Assembly: GCA_045596125.1 (NCBI GenBank)
Contig: JAZOBT010000089.1
Span: 1-61,921, forward strand
DNA from: Acutalibacteraceae bacterium
Lineage (GTDB): Bacteria > Bacillota > Clostridia > Oscillospirales > Acutalibacteraceae
Direction of reading: 5' to 3'
Length of the DNA stretch: 61,921 nucleotides
Of this stretch, positions 45,247-54,928 are shown in pieces. Position numbers and translations under genes: made by a program. Below the pieces are notes generated by a model, which worked only from the letters and a program-made list of their open reading frames with translations, had not been told where the DNA came from and ran no database searches. The number at the start of each line of letters is the position of its first letter. Positions within the stretch are counted from its first letter, which is position 1.

Positions 45247-45878
45247 TTGTCATTCTCCTTTTTCAAAGATTCCAATAGGCTCAGGCGCTCTTTCAGCGCC
45301 TCGATCTCTTGCATCAGCGGATCGGGTACGTGCACCTGATCCAATTGCTCCACGACTTTCTCGCCGCCGACACGCACCACGCGCGCGGGGACACCCACCG
45401 CCGTAGCGTTTTCGGGAATATCATTCAGCACTACCGCACCGGCGGCAATGCGCGCATGATCGTGCACCTCAATAGGACCCAATACTTTCGCACCGGCACC
45501 CACCATCACGTGATTGCCGAGCGTGGGATGTCGCTTACCGGTATCCTTACCCGTACCGCCCAGCGTCACACCTTGGTACAACGTACAATCGTCCCCGATG
45601 ATCGCCGTCTCACCGATTACCACGCCCGTACCGTGGTCAATGAACAACCGGCGCCCGATCGTTGCAGCAGGGTGTATTTCGATATTCGTGCGCCGCACAC
45701 AATGCTGTGAGATGGCACGTGCCAAAAACTTCATTCCGTGCCGATAACACCAGTTCGCCTTGCGGTACGAGCGCACTGCTTTAAAGCCATTGTACAGCAA
45801 CACGATCTCCATTGTCGAGCGTGCTGCCGGATCTTTATCGCGGATCACCGCGATATCTTCGCGAAATCGCTCAAACAT
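45243..45878 (-). CDS. cysE: serine O-acetyltransferase
   Basis: IHPAATIGRRLFIDHGTGVVIGETA hexapeptide core. AAGGAGAG RBS. ATGA overlap with cysS. Confidence 0.92.
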   Translation of the reverse strand: MFERFREDIAVIRDKDPAARSTMEIVLLYNGFKAVRSYRKANWCYRHGMKFLARAISQHCVRRTNIEIHPAATIGRRLFIDHGTGVVIGETAIIGDDCTLYQGVTLGGTGKDTGKRHPTLGNHVMVGAGAKVLGPIEVHDHARIAAGAVVLNDIPENATAVGVPARVVRVGGEKVVEQLDQVHVPDPLMQEIEALKERLSLLESLKKENDK

Positions 45879-45896
45879 ACCCTCTCTCCTTATCAA

Positions 45897-46128
45897 AAAA
45901 AGCACCCTTGCCGCGCCAAAGGCGCGGCGAAGGTGCTCTCACACGGTTCCACTTCGCGTTTCACTCGAAGCCCGATAACGGTGGCAGCCGTGCAGGGATA
46001 CCAAGCCGATGGCTCTTCCCCCTGCCTGCTCACGGGTGCATTTCACCGCCGTCTCACCGAAAGCGCTTTCAGCCGATGACGCTTCCTCTCTGCTGTGAGT
46101 AACCGCGGGTACTTCTCCCGATCACTGC
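45897..46128 (-). ncRNA. T-box leader (Cys specifier) upstream of cysE-cysS
   Basis: Minus strand shows an AGAGAGG box, GAAAUGCA (UGC followed by A) in stem I, the T-box core GAAGUGGAACCGUGUGAG, and a terminator GAGCACCTTCGCCGCGCC-TTTG-GCGCGGCAAGGGTGCT followed by TTTTTTT. Confidence 0.8.
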
Positions 46129-46181
46129 ATTTATCAACCCTATTATAGCAGATTTTTTTAAAAAATCTACCCTTTTTTCAA

Positions 46182-46772
46182 TTATTTTGCGTCCACAAAG
46201 AATTTGCGATTCGCCCAAACGTATTGCACACCCGAAATGGCGGTCAAAACCACCGAAATCCACAAGAGTACATAGCCGATGATGAGCGGAATTCGGAACA
46301 CCGCATCCGGCAAAGGTGTGCCTGCCAAAATACCCGTTTGCCAATCTGCAAACTCCAGTGCCGCCAGCTCAAACAAAATGGCAACAAACTGCACGACTGT
46401 CTTCAGTTTTCCCCAAATGTTCGCGGCAATCACCGTACCGTCTTTGGCGGCAACTAAACGCACCGAGGTCACCATAAACTCGCGCGTGAGCACCACCATC
46501 AGCGCCCAAACATCCAAATGCCCCGTAGCAAGGAACGACAAAAACGCCGCTGTTGTAAGCATTTTATCCGCTAACGGGTCCAAAAATTTACCCAAATTGG
46601 TGATAAGCCCGCGCGAACGCGCAATGCGGCCGTCAAACATATCCGTGAGCGCCGCCGCGCCAAATACAAGCCCCGCCACCAAATGATGGAACGGGAATTC
46701 CACCAACGTCAACACCAGAAAAAGCGGCGCCAAGATGATGCGCACTACTGTCAGTTTATTCGGTAAATTCAT
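46182..46772 (-). CDS. pgsA: CDP-diacylglycerol--glycerol-3-phosphate 3-phosphatidyltransferase
   Basis: NLPNKLTVVRI and DMFDGRIARSRGLITNLGKFLDPLADK (CDP-alcohol motif). Confidence 0.9.
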   Translation of the reverse strand: MNLPNKLTVVRIILAPLFLVLTLVEFPFHHLVAGLVFGAAALTDMFDGRIARSRGLITNLGKFLDPLADKMLTTAAFLSFLATGHLDVWALMVVLTREFMVTSVRLVAAKDGTVIAANIWGKLKTVVQFVAILFELAALEFADWQTGILAGTPLPDAVFRIPLIIGYVLLWISVVLTAISGVQYVWANRKFFVDAK

Positions 46773-48091
46773 ATCCGTTCCCCCACAAGATCCCAATCAA
46801 AACGATGGGTAATACGCACTTGCACAAATTCACCCGCTTGCACGGGTTCTTCGGTCCCGAAAAACACTTTCGGATCAATTTCGGGTGCATCTGCCGCCGA
46901 TCGCCCGTACCAGCATTGCACATCGCGATCAAACCCTTCGACCAACACCGTCACCGTTTTCCCAACCTGCGCATCGTTATACACATCCGCGATCCGCGTT
47001 TGCAGTTCCATCACCGTGTCGCGCCGCCGCTCTTTGACATCCTCCGCCACCTGCAACGGCATTCTTGCCGCGGGCGTGTCCTCTTCGGGTGAATAGGCAA
47101 AACACCCTAAACGCTCGAACTGCACATCGCGGATAAATTCACACAACTCTTCAAAATCTTCCTCGGTCTCACCCGGGAAACCCACCATCACCGTGGTACG
47201 CAACACCATCGCGGGAATCTGCTCGCGAATCCGCTTCATCAACGCCGTAAGCGATGCGCGATCCCCTGTGCGATTCATCGCTCGTAATACGCGCCCCGCC
47301 GCGTGCTGAATCGGAATATCCATATATTTCACGATCTTCGGCTCCCGCGCGATCACGTCGAGCAATTCGTCGCTAATATGTTCCGGATAACAGTACAACA
47401 ACCGTATCCATTCCAGTCCTTTAATTTCGCACAACCGCACAAGTAACTCCGGCAACAACGAATGCCCCGCCAAATCTTGCCCGTACACCGTGGTATCCTG
47501 CGCCACCAACGTGATCTCTTTCACACCGGCGACCGCCAATGCTCGCGCTTCTTCCACCAATATATCCGGGTCGCGACTGCGCAACCCGCCGCGAATCAGC
47601 GGAATCGCACAATACGTGCATCGGTTGTTGCACCCGTCGCCCACACGCAAATACGCGTAAAACGACGGCGTCGTCTGCAAACGATCCCCATCCAACGCCC
47701 ATTTACTCAACGGCGGGAACGTCGCTACGCGCTCACCCTGTAAGACCGAGCGCACCGCTTGCACAATATCTCCGTTCGCCCCGAGACCCAATACCGCATC
47801 ACATTCGGGCAACTCCCGACACAATTCCTCACGGTACCGCTGTGCCAAGCACCCCGTTACCACGATCCCGCGGATACGCCCCTGCGCTTTGAGATCGGCA
47901 AACTCCAGAATTGTTTCAATGGCTTCCTGCTTGGCATCCGCAATAAATCCGCAGGTGTTAATGACCACCACGTCTGCGTCTTCGCAATCCGCCGTGATAT
48001 GAAACCCCGTCTCTTGCAGTTTTGCCAACATCAGCTCGGCGTCCACTTGATTTTTCGGGCACCCCAGCGATACCATTCCTACTCTATTCAT
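46769..48091 (-). CDS. rimO: ribosomal protein S12 methylthiotransferase
   Basis: MVSLGCPKNQVDAE, radical SAM CNNRCTYC, and a C-terminal TRAM domain. Confidence 0.88.
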   Translation of the reverse strand: MNRVGMVSLGCPKNQVDAELMLAKLQETGFHITADCEDADVVVINTCGFIADAKQEAIETILEFADLKAQGRIRGIVVTGCLAQRYREELCRELPECDAVLGLGANGDIVQAVRSVLQGERVATFPPLSKWALDGDRLQTTPSFYAYLRVGDGCNNRCTYCAIPLIRGGLRSRDPDILVEEARALAVAGVKEITLVAQDTTVYGQDLAGHSLLPELLVRLCEIKGLEWIRLLYCYPEHISDELLDVIAREPKIVKYMDIPIQHAAGRVLRAMNRTGDRASLTALMKRIREQIPAMVLRTTVMVGFPGETEEDFEELCEFIRDVQFERLGCFAYSPEEDTPAARMPLQVAEDVKERRRDTVMELQTRIADVYNDAQVGKTVTVLVEGFDRDVQCWYGRSAADAPEIDPKVFFGTEEPVQAGEFVQVRITHRFDWDLVGERI

Positions 48092-48713
48092 CCGATAGAT
48101 CCTCTTCCCGTAACACACGGCGGATCACCGCCGCACTGTACCCATGCCGCGCCATCGCCGCGGCAATCTTTTGTACTTCTTTTGTGTCCCGAGATACAGT
48201 ATACCGTTTTTTCGCCAGAAAAGCAAGTGCCATTTCGGTCTCGTCGGTCTCCACCGCACCCGCCGCCTCGCGTGCCGTTTCGCGGTCGATGCCTTTGCGC
48301 AACAACTCGTCCTCAATGCGCCGCCGCGGATAGAGTTTTTCGCGCGCATACCGCTGCGCCAATCGGTGCGCATACTCTGCGTCGCGAACATACCCTAACT
48401 CTTCCATACGCGCCGCCGCCCACACCGCCTGCTCGTGCCGTTCGGGATGGTAACGCCCCTTCTCGCGGCACAACTTCTGCTCCAGCTCCCGCCGCGACAA
48501 ATCGCGCTTGGATAACAAAAACACCGCCTTGCTCTCCATTCGCCGCCGCTCGGATGCCGCGCACAAGTCCTCCAACTCCGCATCAGACAAAGAGGAACCC
48601 ACCCCGTAGGGGGATTCCTCCCATACCGTCGTATCAATGAGAACCGCCGTACCGTCCTCCATCGTGATGCGCCGCTGATGCCCTTTCACAGGGTACACCG
48701 CCGCGATCCTCAT
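48084..48713 (-). CDS. recX: recombination regulator RecX
   Basis: Helical-repeat protein immediately downstream of recA and overlapping it. [15 protein letters not shown]. Confidence 0.85.
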   Translation of the reverse strand: MRIAAVYPVKGHQRRITMEDGTAVLIDTTVWEESPYGVGSSLSDAELEDLCAASERRRMESKAVFLLSKRDLSRRELEQKLCREKGRYHPERHEQAVWAAARMEELGYVRDAEYAHRLAQRYAREKLYPRRRIEDELLRKGIDRETAREAAGAVETDETEMALAFLAKKRYTVSRDTKEVQKIAAAMARHGYSAAVIRRVLREEDLSDE

Positions 48714-49849
48714 TGGTCATCCACCACAATGTCAATGGATGCCCGCGCCGAACGCGCCGTATACTGCGGTGCCGCCGCAATCGGGATTTCCACCGCAGGC
48801 GCCGATTCCGCTTTTTCCTTTTGCATTTTGGCTTGCATTTGTGCAATGACTTGCTCCTCGATCTGCGCACTCAGATCGGGGTTCGCTTGCAGGAAATCAC
48901 GCACATTGTCGCGCCCTTGGCCCAAACGCTCCTCGCGGTACGAGAACCACGAACCCGACTTTTGAATCACATCCAACTCGATTGCAAGATCCAGAAGCTC
49001 GCCCATCCGCGAGATACCTTTGCCATAGATCACATCAAACTCCGCCTCTTTAAACGGAGGGGCTACCTTGTTTTTCACCACGCGCACGCGGGTGTGCGAC
49101 CCGTACGGCACGCCGCCGTTTTTGAGCGTCTCCTGCCGACGTACATCCAACCGCACCGACGCGTAATATTTCAGCGCGTTACCGCCCGCGGTGACCTCGG
49201 GGTTACCGTATACCACGCCCACTTTCAAGCGCAACTGGTTAATGAAAATGGCAACACAACCCGTCTTGCCGACCGCACCCGCGAGCTTACGCATCGCTTG
49301 CGACATCAAACGCGCTTGCAGACCCACGTGCGAGTCGCCCATTTCGCCCTCAATCTCCTGCCGCGGCACGAGTGCCGCCACCGAGTCGATAACCAACATA
49401 TCAATCGCGCCGGAACGGATCAGCGCCTCGGCGATCTCGAGCGCTTGCTCGCCTGTATCGGGTTGCGACACGAGCAACGAATCCACATCCACACCGAGTG
49501 CGCGCGCATACACGGGATCCAACGCGTGCTCGACGTCAATGTACGCCGCCTCGCCGCCGCGCTTTTGCGTTTCCGCTACCGCGTGCAGGGCAAGCGTCGT
49601 TTTACCCGATGCCTCCGGCCCGTAAATTTCAGTGATACGGCCGCGCGGCAACCCGCCGACACCGAGCGCCATATCCAATGTCAGCGACCCTGTCGGGATG
49701 CACTCCACGTTCATATTCACATTTTCGCCCAAGCGCATAACCGCGCCTTTGCCGTAGTTCTTTTCAATCTGTGCGAGCGCCGTCTCCAACGCCTTTTGCT
49801 TGTTACTCGCCGGCGCCGGGCTCTCCGTCGCTCTTCTCTTTTCCGCCAT
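48710..49849 (-). CDS. recA: recombinase RecA
   Basis: [16 protein letters not shown] Walker [10 protein letters not shown], and [17 protein letters not shown]. Confidence 0.97.
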   Translation of the reverse strand: MAEKRRATESPAPASNKQKALETALAQIEKNYGKGAVMRLGENVNMNVECIPTGSLTLDMALGVGGLPRGRITEIYGPEASGKTTLALHAVAETQKRGGEAAYIDVEHALDPVYARALGVDVDSLLVSQPDTGEQALEIAEALIRSGAIDMLVIDSVAALVPRQEIEGEMGDSHVGLQARLMSQAMRKLAGAVGKTGCVAIFINQLRLKVGVVYGNPEVTAGGNALKYYASVRLDVRRQETLKNGGVPYGSHTRVRVVKNKVAPPFKEAEFDVIYGKGISRMGELLDLAIELDVIQKSGSWFSYREERLGQGRDNVRDFLQANPDLSAQIEEQVIAQMQAKMQKEKAESAPAVEIPIAAAPQYTARSARASIDIVVDDQ

Positions 49850-49993
49850 CTCTTCATCCTCATTTCCGCACCGCTTTGCAGCGTGCTCGTATCGTTATGC
49901 TCCCAGTATATCGCATTTTTCTACGGAAATCAAGTGCTTTTGCGAAAAAACGAACAAATGTTTTGTTTTGTGCGACGGCGATGTGTCGCGGGC

Positions 49994-50033
49994 AAAAAAT
50001 AAATCCCCGTTCGGCACAGTGTGCCGAACGGGG
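49994..50033 (-). terminator. terminator after the 44-aa ORF
   Basis: CCCCGTTCGGCAC-AGT-GTGCCGAACGGGG. Minus strand has ATTTATTTTTT after it. Confidence 0.75.
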
Positions 50034-50063
50034 ACATTCCCTTTTATTTCATTGGGGGTGCGA

Positions 50064-50198
50064 TCACACACCGAGCGACTGCTGCTCCGTATCCGAGTCA
50101 TCCCACACAACGGAATCACTCTGATTGATCGTAGCGGCGATCGTTTTATCGGCAGTCAGCTCCAAAACCTCCAAAAGGGGCTTCTGATACGTTTTCAT
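50064..50198 (-). CDS. 44-aa acidic small protein (not in the ORF track)
   Basis: GGAGG 9 nt upstream of the ATG. MKTYQKPLLEVLELTADKTIAATINQSDSVVWDDSDTEQQSLGV. Lies between the surface-protein stop and a strong terminator. Confidence 0.45.
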   Translation of the reverse strand: MKTYQKPLLEVLELTADKTIAATINQSDSVVWDDSDTEQQSLGV

Positions 50199-50219
50199 TC
50201 TCATCTTCCTCCTTTTGAA

Positions 50220-52106
50220 TTAAAGTCCGGCTTGATTCAGAGCGGTGTTGACCTCGGTGATACTGCCTGCTTGGGAACTCGTGCTGTACAAAGTCGAGCA
50301 GTTGCCTTCCGCATCCATCAAGGTTATATAACCGACAGCGGTATACGACACATCGGCATTCTTTGTCATCATCACGGTCGCAAAATCGAGATACGCGCCG
50401 GTGTAGTCATCCAGTTTGTAAGCATCATCATCGGCGTTGTAGTTGACACCTTTCCAAATGCGGGTCGCGCTGGGACCTTCAGCGTACAACTCGTAATTTT
50501 CAAGCGTCAACTCTGCCGCGTTGGAGGTACGCTTGAGCAACGTACCGACTTCCATAACGTAGTGCTCTTCGCCGCCTACATACACCACAAAAATATCGCT
50601 ATCGAAACCATTCACCAACGCCAAACGCGTGAGGAAACGGATACCGTCCTGCGTGCCGTTGGTAGCAGTATGCACCGACGCACCGATGGAATCCATAATG
50701 AAGCCGTTCGTAACCGCCGCCGTTTCCACGAACTCAGCCGTTACCGTAATATCTTCATCCGGCATCTCAAAAGCAAACTCGTTACCGGTGCCTTCGCCAA
50801 AACTACCGTTTGCTTTGTTCAAGATCTTTACACCTTCAGGTTTGCTCTCGGAGGTGTATTTGAGCGAACCGGGAACCATCACGCAGCCGGACGCAGGCTC
50901 TGCTTTCACCGTCACCGCCTCACCGGCAGCAATCTCGTCTGTCACAACGGTAATGGTACCGCCGGTCACTTCATCGTCAATCGTGATTTCCGGAGCACCG
51001 TAGTAGTTGTAGATGTTGAAGTTATCGATATAGGTAGTATCCGTGATGCCAGTAAAGCACAACAAATAACCTAAGTCAGAGCCGGGCGTATATACAAGCT
51101 CAAATGTCTCCCACTCGTCCTCGTTCGTTGCCGGCACATTTATTGTTGAATTGCTTTGAGTAGGAGTAAACCAACTACCATTGGTACCATCATACAACCG
51201 GAACGCAGCACCGCTATAGTCAAACTTTACCAAATAACTCTTTCCTGCTTGTAAGCCGGATTTCTTCGCCCCGAAATAACGCGCATCACTGATAAGTTTC
51301 AACACGCGGTTGCCAGCACTGCCGTCAGGGTGATCAACGATGGTTGCACCTGCCGTAGCGTTACCGTCTGCGTCTGCTGCTATATAGCCAAGCCAAGAAT
51401 ATTTATATTTATTACTGGCATCCTGCTGGTAAGCCGTTCCAAAGAAAGCGGAATCTACCGCGTTGTCGAAATCGCCGTCCATAATCAAGCCTTCGCTCTC
51501 ATCCCACTTCTTCAAAGAGAAGTTGTCAAAGTACAGGCCGTACTGGGAAATATACTTTTGCACATTAGAGACCCTGACTTGGATGGAAAGACCTTGCTCC
51601 GCAAAAGCGACAGTTTCTTCGGTCACCACAAAGTCGGCGTGATACGTGGCCCAATCGCCTTGGTTATCGACTGCGCATTTAAAGGTTATGGCATTAGTTG
51701 TCCCGTTAACGAAGGTTGCACCGCTCAGTGTTTCGAGCGTGACCGTAATACCCGTCGCATTGACCACCGTGGCCGAAAACGAAAAACGATAGGTGCCCGG
51801 CTCGGTGATCTTAATTGCATTTTCGAAGTTGGCATAGACCTTACTCGGGTTTGACAATAGGTTGCCCTCTTCAAGGGCCCATTTCATACCCCAAGAATCA
51901 TCCATACCATAGCCTTCTGCGATTTCCCAATTGGGCGACTCAACAAAATTGGCCCAAGGAGCGACAGCACCTTGTTCAAAATCGCCGTTCGGGAAATACT
52001 CCGTCGCGTCGGCTGCCGAGACGGGCAGAACAAGACCGGTGATAGCACAAGCGATCAGCAACGCCGCTGCCAACACCAAGGAAAGAATTCGCCGTGACAT
52101 TTTCAT
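50220..52106 (-). CDS. secreted multidomain surface protein (CBM-like beta-sandwich modules plus a shared C-terminal module)
   Basis: Signal peptide MKMSRRILSLVLAAALLIACAITGLVLPVSA. Repeated GDFE/GDFD-type module starts. The C-terminal ~190 aa are paralogous to the C-terminus of 54929-59167. Confidence 0.7.
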   Translation of the reverse strand: MKMSRRILSLVLAAALLIACAITGLVLPVSAADATEYFPNGDFEQGAVAPWANFVESPNWEIAEGYGMDDSWGMKWALEEGNLLSNPSKVYANFENAIKITEPGTYRFSFSATVVNATGITVTLETLSGATFVNGTTNAITFKCAVDNQGDWATYHADFVVTEETVAFAEQGLSIQVRVSNVQKYISQYGLYFDNFSLKKWDESEGLIMDGDFDNAVDSAFFGTAYQQDASNKYKYSWLGYIAADADGNATAGATIVDHPDGSAGNRVLKLISDARYFGAKKSGLQAGKSYLVKFDYSGAAFRLYDGTNGSWFTPTQSNSTINVPATNEDEWETFELVYTPGSDLGYLLCFTGITDTTYIDNFNIYNYYGAPEITIDDEVTGGTITVVTDEIAAGEAVTVKAEPASGCVMVPGSLKYTSESKPEGVKILNKANGSFGEGTGNEFAFEMPDEDITVTAEFVETAAVTNGFIMDSIGASVHTATNGTQDGIRFLTRLALVNGFDSDIFVVYVGGEEHYVMEVGTLLKRTSNAAELTLENYELYAEGPSATRIWKGVNYNADDDAYKLDDYTGAYLDFATVMMTKNADVSYTAVGYITLMDAEGNCSTLYSTSSQAGSITEVNTALNQAGL

Positions 52107-52263
52107 ACTTATCTCCTCCGTTATTTCATACTCCGCAGGGGTGCTTTTGGGGGCACTTATCCCGTCGCGGATATATCTCCACAACTACTATACCGCATCT
52201 TGGCACAAAAATCAAGAGGAATTTTCACAAAAATATCGACAAATTTAAAAAAGCCAATATAAC

Positions 52264-52296
52264 TGTGGCACGCTTCTTTGCGAAGCGTGCCACAAA
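52264..52296 (-). terminator. hairpin downstream of uppP
   Basis: TGTGGCACGCTTC-TTTGC-GAAGCGTGCCACA 13-bp stem. The T tract is not immediately adjacent. Confidence 0.45.
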
Positions 52297-52317
52297 ACCG
52301 CCGTTTTTTATAACCTA

Positions 52318-53166
52318 TTATACAAAGCGTGTATCGAGGATGCCCGTGATAAGCAATACCGCGAGCAAAACGCCGAGGGCGATGCGATACCAACCAAAGG
52401 GTTTGAAGTCGTGTTTTTTGATAAACGCCATCAAGAAACGAATGACGAGCACCGACACGACAAACGACACAAGCATACCGACGGCGAGTGTGAGCCACTC
52501 CGCACCCGAGAGGGTGAGGCCGTCGAGCAAGAATTTGAGGATTTTGAGAGCGCTGGCGCCCGCCATGGCGGGGATTGCCATAAAGAACGAGAATTCCGCG
52601 GCGGCGTACCGTGAGCAACCGAGAAGCACGGCACCCAAAATCGTTGCGCCGGAGCGGGATGTACCGGGGATAAGTGCGAGGACTTGGAAACAACCGATAC
52701 CGAGCGCGGTGCGCCACGTAACGTCGTTGGGGGTGTGCACGCGCGGGGTGTGCGGGCGGTTTTCCATCCAGATAAACAGTGCACCGTACAGCACGAGTGT
52801 GGCGGTGATGACGACGGGGTCGGACAAAATGCCGTCCACCAAGTCATCAAGCGGGACACCGACAACCAGTGCAGGGAGACTGGCGATAAGGACCATGCCC
52901 CACAATTTCCACGTATCGGTGCGCTGTGCGGACGTTTTTTTCAAAGAGAACGGGTTCAGTTTACGGAAATAGAGAACGAGGACCGCCAGAATGGAGCCGA
53001 GCTGAATGAGGACTTTGAAGAGGTCAAAGAAATCCTGCGAAAAGGAAAACGGCAGGAATTGATCGACCAGAATCAAGTGACCGGTACTGCTGATGGGCAA
53101 CCATTCGGTAATGCCTTGCACCACGCCTTGGAGCAGGGCTTTGAGGACTTCCCCTATCGTTTCCAT
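52318..53166 (-). CDS. uppP: undecaprenyl-diphosphate phosphatase
   Basis: QGITEWLPISSTGHL and PGTSRSGATI motifs. Polytopic membrane protein. Confidence 0.93.
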   Translation of the reverse strand: METIGEVLKALLQGVVQGITEWLPISSTGHLILVDQFLPFSFSQDFFDLFKVLIQLGSILAVLVLYFRKLNPFSLKKTSAQRTDTWKLWGMVLIASLPALVVGVPLDDLVDGILSDPVVITATLVLYGALFIWMENRPHTPRVHTPNDVTWRTALGIGCFQVLALIPGTSRSGATILGAVLLGCSRYAAAEFSFFMAIPAMAGASALKILKFLLDGLTLSGAEWLTLAVGMLVSFVVSVLVIRFLMAFIKKHDFKPFGWYRIALGVLLAVLLITGILDTRFV

Positions 53167-53175
53167 ACCGTCACC

Positions 53176-53397
53176 TTACAGGTCGATCTCGCCGAGCAGG
53201 TCGCGCAGCAGGATCACTTCGTCGGCGGTGAGGGTGACGCCTTTGCCCATTTTGGCGCGGTCGGGCGCCCAATCGCGGATATCGTATTTGGGGTCGCGGT
53301 CGTTCCAGCTTACGAGGTTGATCTCTTTACGCCAACCGGTAGGCGATTCGGACAGCACGCCCAATTCTTTTACAACTTCATACTTCAGTTCTGCCAT
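53176..53397 (-). CDS. YdbC/PC4-like ssDNA-binding family protein
   Basis: 73 aa. GWRKEINLVSWNDRDPKYDIRDW pattern. Confidence 0.65.
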   Translation of the reverse strand: MAELKYEVVKELGVLSESPTGWRKEINLVSWNDRDPKYDIRDWAPDRAKMGKGVTLTADEVILLRDLLGEIDL

Positions 53398-53445
53398 GTT
53401 TCATTACTCCTTTATTATAGTTCGGTACAGTATATGCGCGGCTAA

Positions 53446-53793
53446 TTAAAACAACCACTGTTCCATTTGTTTTTTCAGTGAATTTTCCTGCGTGGCGGGG
53501 GGCACTTCTTCTGCCGTGGGGGCTTCTTCCTCTTCGGCAGGTTGCTGCGTTACGACGGGGGACACTTCCGCCTTCGGTTGCTCTTGCGATGCCCGACGAG
53601 CCTCTTCCAATTCGGCGACGAGTTGCGATTCTCGCTGGCGCAGAGAATCGATCTGCGCGGTGAGGGCTTCGATCTCTCGACGATGGGAATCTTGTTCTTC
53701 TTGCAGTGTCACGCGCAGTTGATCGATATATGTTAAGACATCGTTTCGGGAAAAGCCGCGAAAACTGGTTTTGAAACCGATCTGTTTGCTCAT
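53446..53793 (-). CDS. DivIVA-domain coiled-coil protein
   Basis: FKTSFRGFSRNDVLTYIDQL (DivIVA N-motif) followed by a coiled coil. Confidence 0.7.
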   Translation of the reverse strand: MSKQIGFKTSFRGFSRNDVLTYIDQLRVTLQEEQDSHRREIEALTAQIDSLRQRESQLVAELEEARRASQEQPKAEVSPVVTQQPAEEEEAPTAEEVPPATQENSLKKQMEQWLF

Positions 53794-53877
53794 TTGCCGC
53801 ACCTTCCTTTTTGCAAGCGTGGGTCGCTTACCATATATTACACGTTATTTTATCACTTTCTTTTTCAAAACGCAAGG

Positions 53878-53920
53878 GGCAATATAAGAAAGAGAGTTAC
53901 CGCTCGGTAACGCTCTTTCT
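53878..53920 (-). terminator. terminator after the N/Q-rich small ORF
   Basis: Minus strand: AGAAAGAGCGTTACC-GAGC-GGTAACTCTCTTTCT followed by TATATT. Confidence 0.55.
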
Positions 53921-53935
53921 TTGCAGTTTGAGTGC

Positions 53936-54067
53936 TTAATAATTGTTCTGCTTGTTTTGCTCGTTTTTCTTATTCTGTTGGTTCTGCTGGTTTTGCTTAT
54001 TCTGCTGGTTCTGGTTGTTCTGCTTGTTCTGTTGATTCTGATTGTTCTGGTTGTCCTGGTTGTACAT
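53936..54067 (-). CDS. 43-aa Asn/Gln-rich small protein (not in the ORF track)
   Basis: GGGAGG 8 nt before the ATG. MYNQDNQNNQNQQNKQNNQNQQNKQNQQNQQNKKNEQNKQNNY. The tracked ORFs 53845-54168(-) and 53921-54277(+) are other frames of the same repeat DNA. Confidence 0.55.
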   Translation of the reverse strand: MYNQDNQNNQNQQNKQNNQNQQNKQNQQNQQNKKNEQNKQNNY

Positions 54068-54145
54068 ACCGGTAGCCTCCCTTGGATTGTTGTTGACACC
54101 AACGGTGTCACCGATAGTATTGCCGCGGGAGGGATTTCTATACGG

Positions 54146-54871
54146 TTATTTTTGTTGCAACTCCGCAAACTTCTTCAAAAAAGCGAGCGAAGCATCTGTC
54201 GCTTTCTTCACTTCATCCGAGGGGTCTTGCGGCATTACGCGCACACCCCAGTAAAGTTCTTTTTGCATGGTGGATAATTTTTCGTCTTTGTCAAGAATCT
54301 TGATATCTTTCCAATTCCAATAGGCGTGATCTTCGCTGACGCCGCTGACCGTTTGCGCCATATCGTCCAGCGGGATGAAGAAACTCGCCGGATTACCGTC
54401 AAATGCGGCGCCGAACGTATCCGTATAATACGACGGCGAAACCGCCCACAGATCAATATCGCGCACCATCATATGGGCAATCACCGCCTGTTGGTTCGCG
54501 TTCGCGTCGGAATTGGGAATATTATTTGTAACGGGTGCAACGTTCAAAAGTTGAATTTCGACATACGTTTTGCCGTCGCCGTTACGGTCATCGGCACACT
54601 CCGTAAGCAACTCCTCCAACCGCTGTTCCGCTTCCGTACTGACCGGCTGCGTGGTCACCATACAGATCATATAATCCGGATCTTTGCGCGAAAGACTTTG
54701 ACCGAACAGGATAGCGAGCACCGCCGCGACGGCGACAACCGTTATCACTTTCCATTTGTGGTAATACCAAAAATTCTCCCATTTCCCGCGCGGCGTTTGC
54801 GGGGGTGTTGGTGTCTCTCCTTTTTTCAATTCATCCAGATCGACACCGACCAAATATCGTTCTCTCGCCAT
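54146..54871 (-). CDS. single-pass membrane protein, unknown function
   Basis: GGGAG 5 nt before ATG (MARERYLVG). One TM helix (VITVVAVAAVLAILF). Confidence 0.6.
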   Translation of the reverse strand: MARERYLVGVDLDELKKGETPTPPQTPRGKWENFWYYHKWKVITVVAVAAVLAILFGQSLSRKDPDYMICMVTTQPVSTEAEQRLEELLTECADDRNGDGKTYVEIQLLNVAPVTNNIPNSDANANQQAVIAHMMVRDIDLWAVSPSYYTDTFGAAFDGNPASFFIPLDDMAQTVSGVSEDHAYWNWKDIKILDKDEKLSTMQKELYWGVRVMPQDPSDEVKKATDASLAFLKKFAELQQK

Positions 54872-54928
54872 GATTGCTCCCTTCTTCACCGCACGGTATT
54901 ACTATTTCCCGTTCCTCTTAATCCATAC

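Noticed and set aside
53845-54277. Tracked ORFs 53845-54168(-) (TRTTRT...-rich) and 53921-54277(+) (poly-Leu/Val)
   Set aside because: These are alternative frames of the same CAG/AAC-type repeat. Neither has an RBS, whereas the N/Q frame has both an RBS and a terminator.
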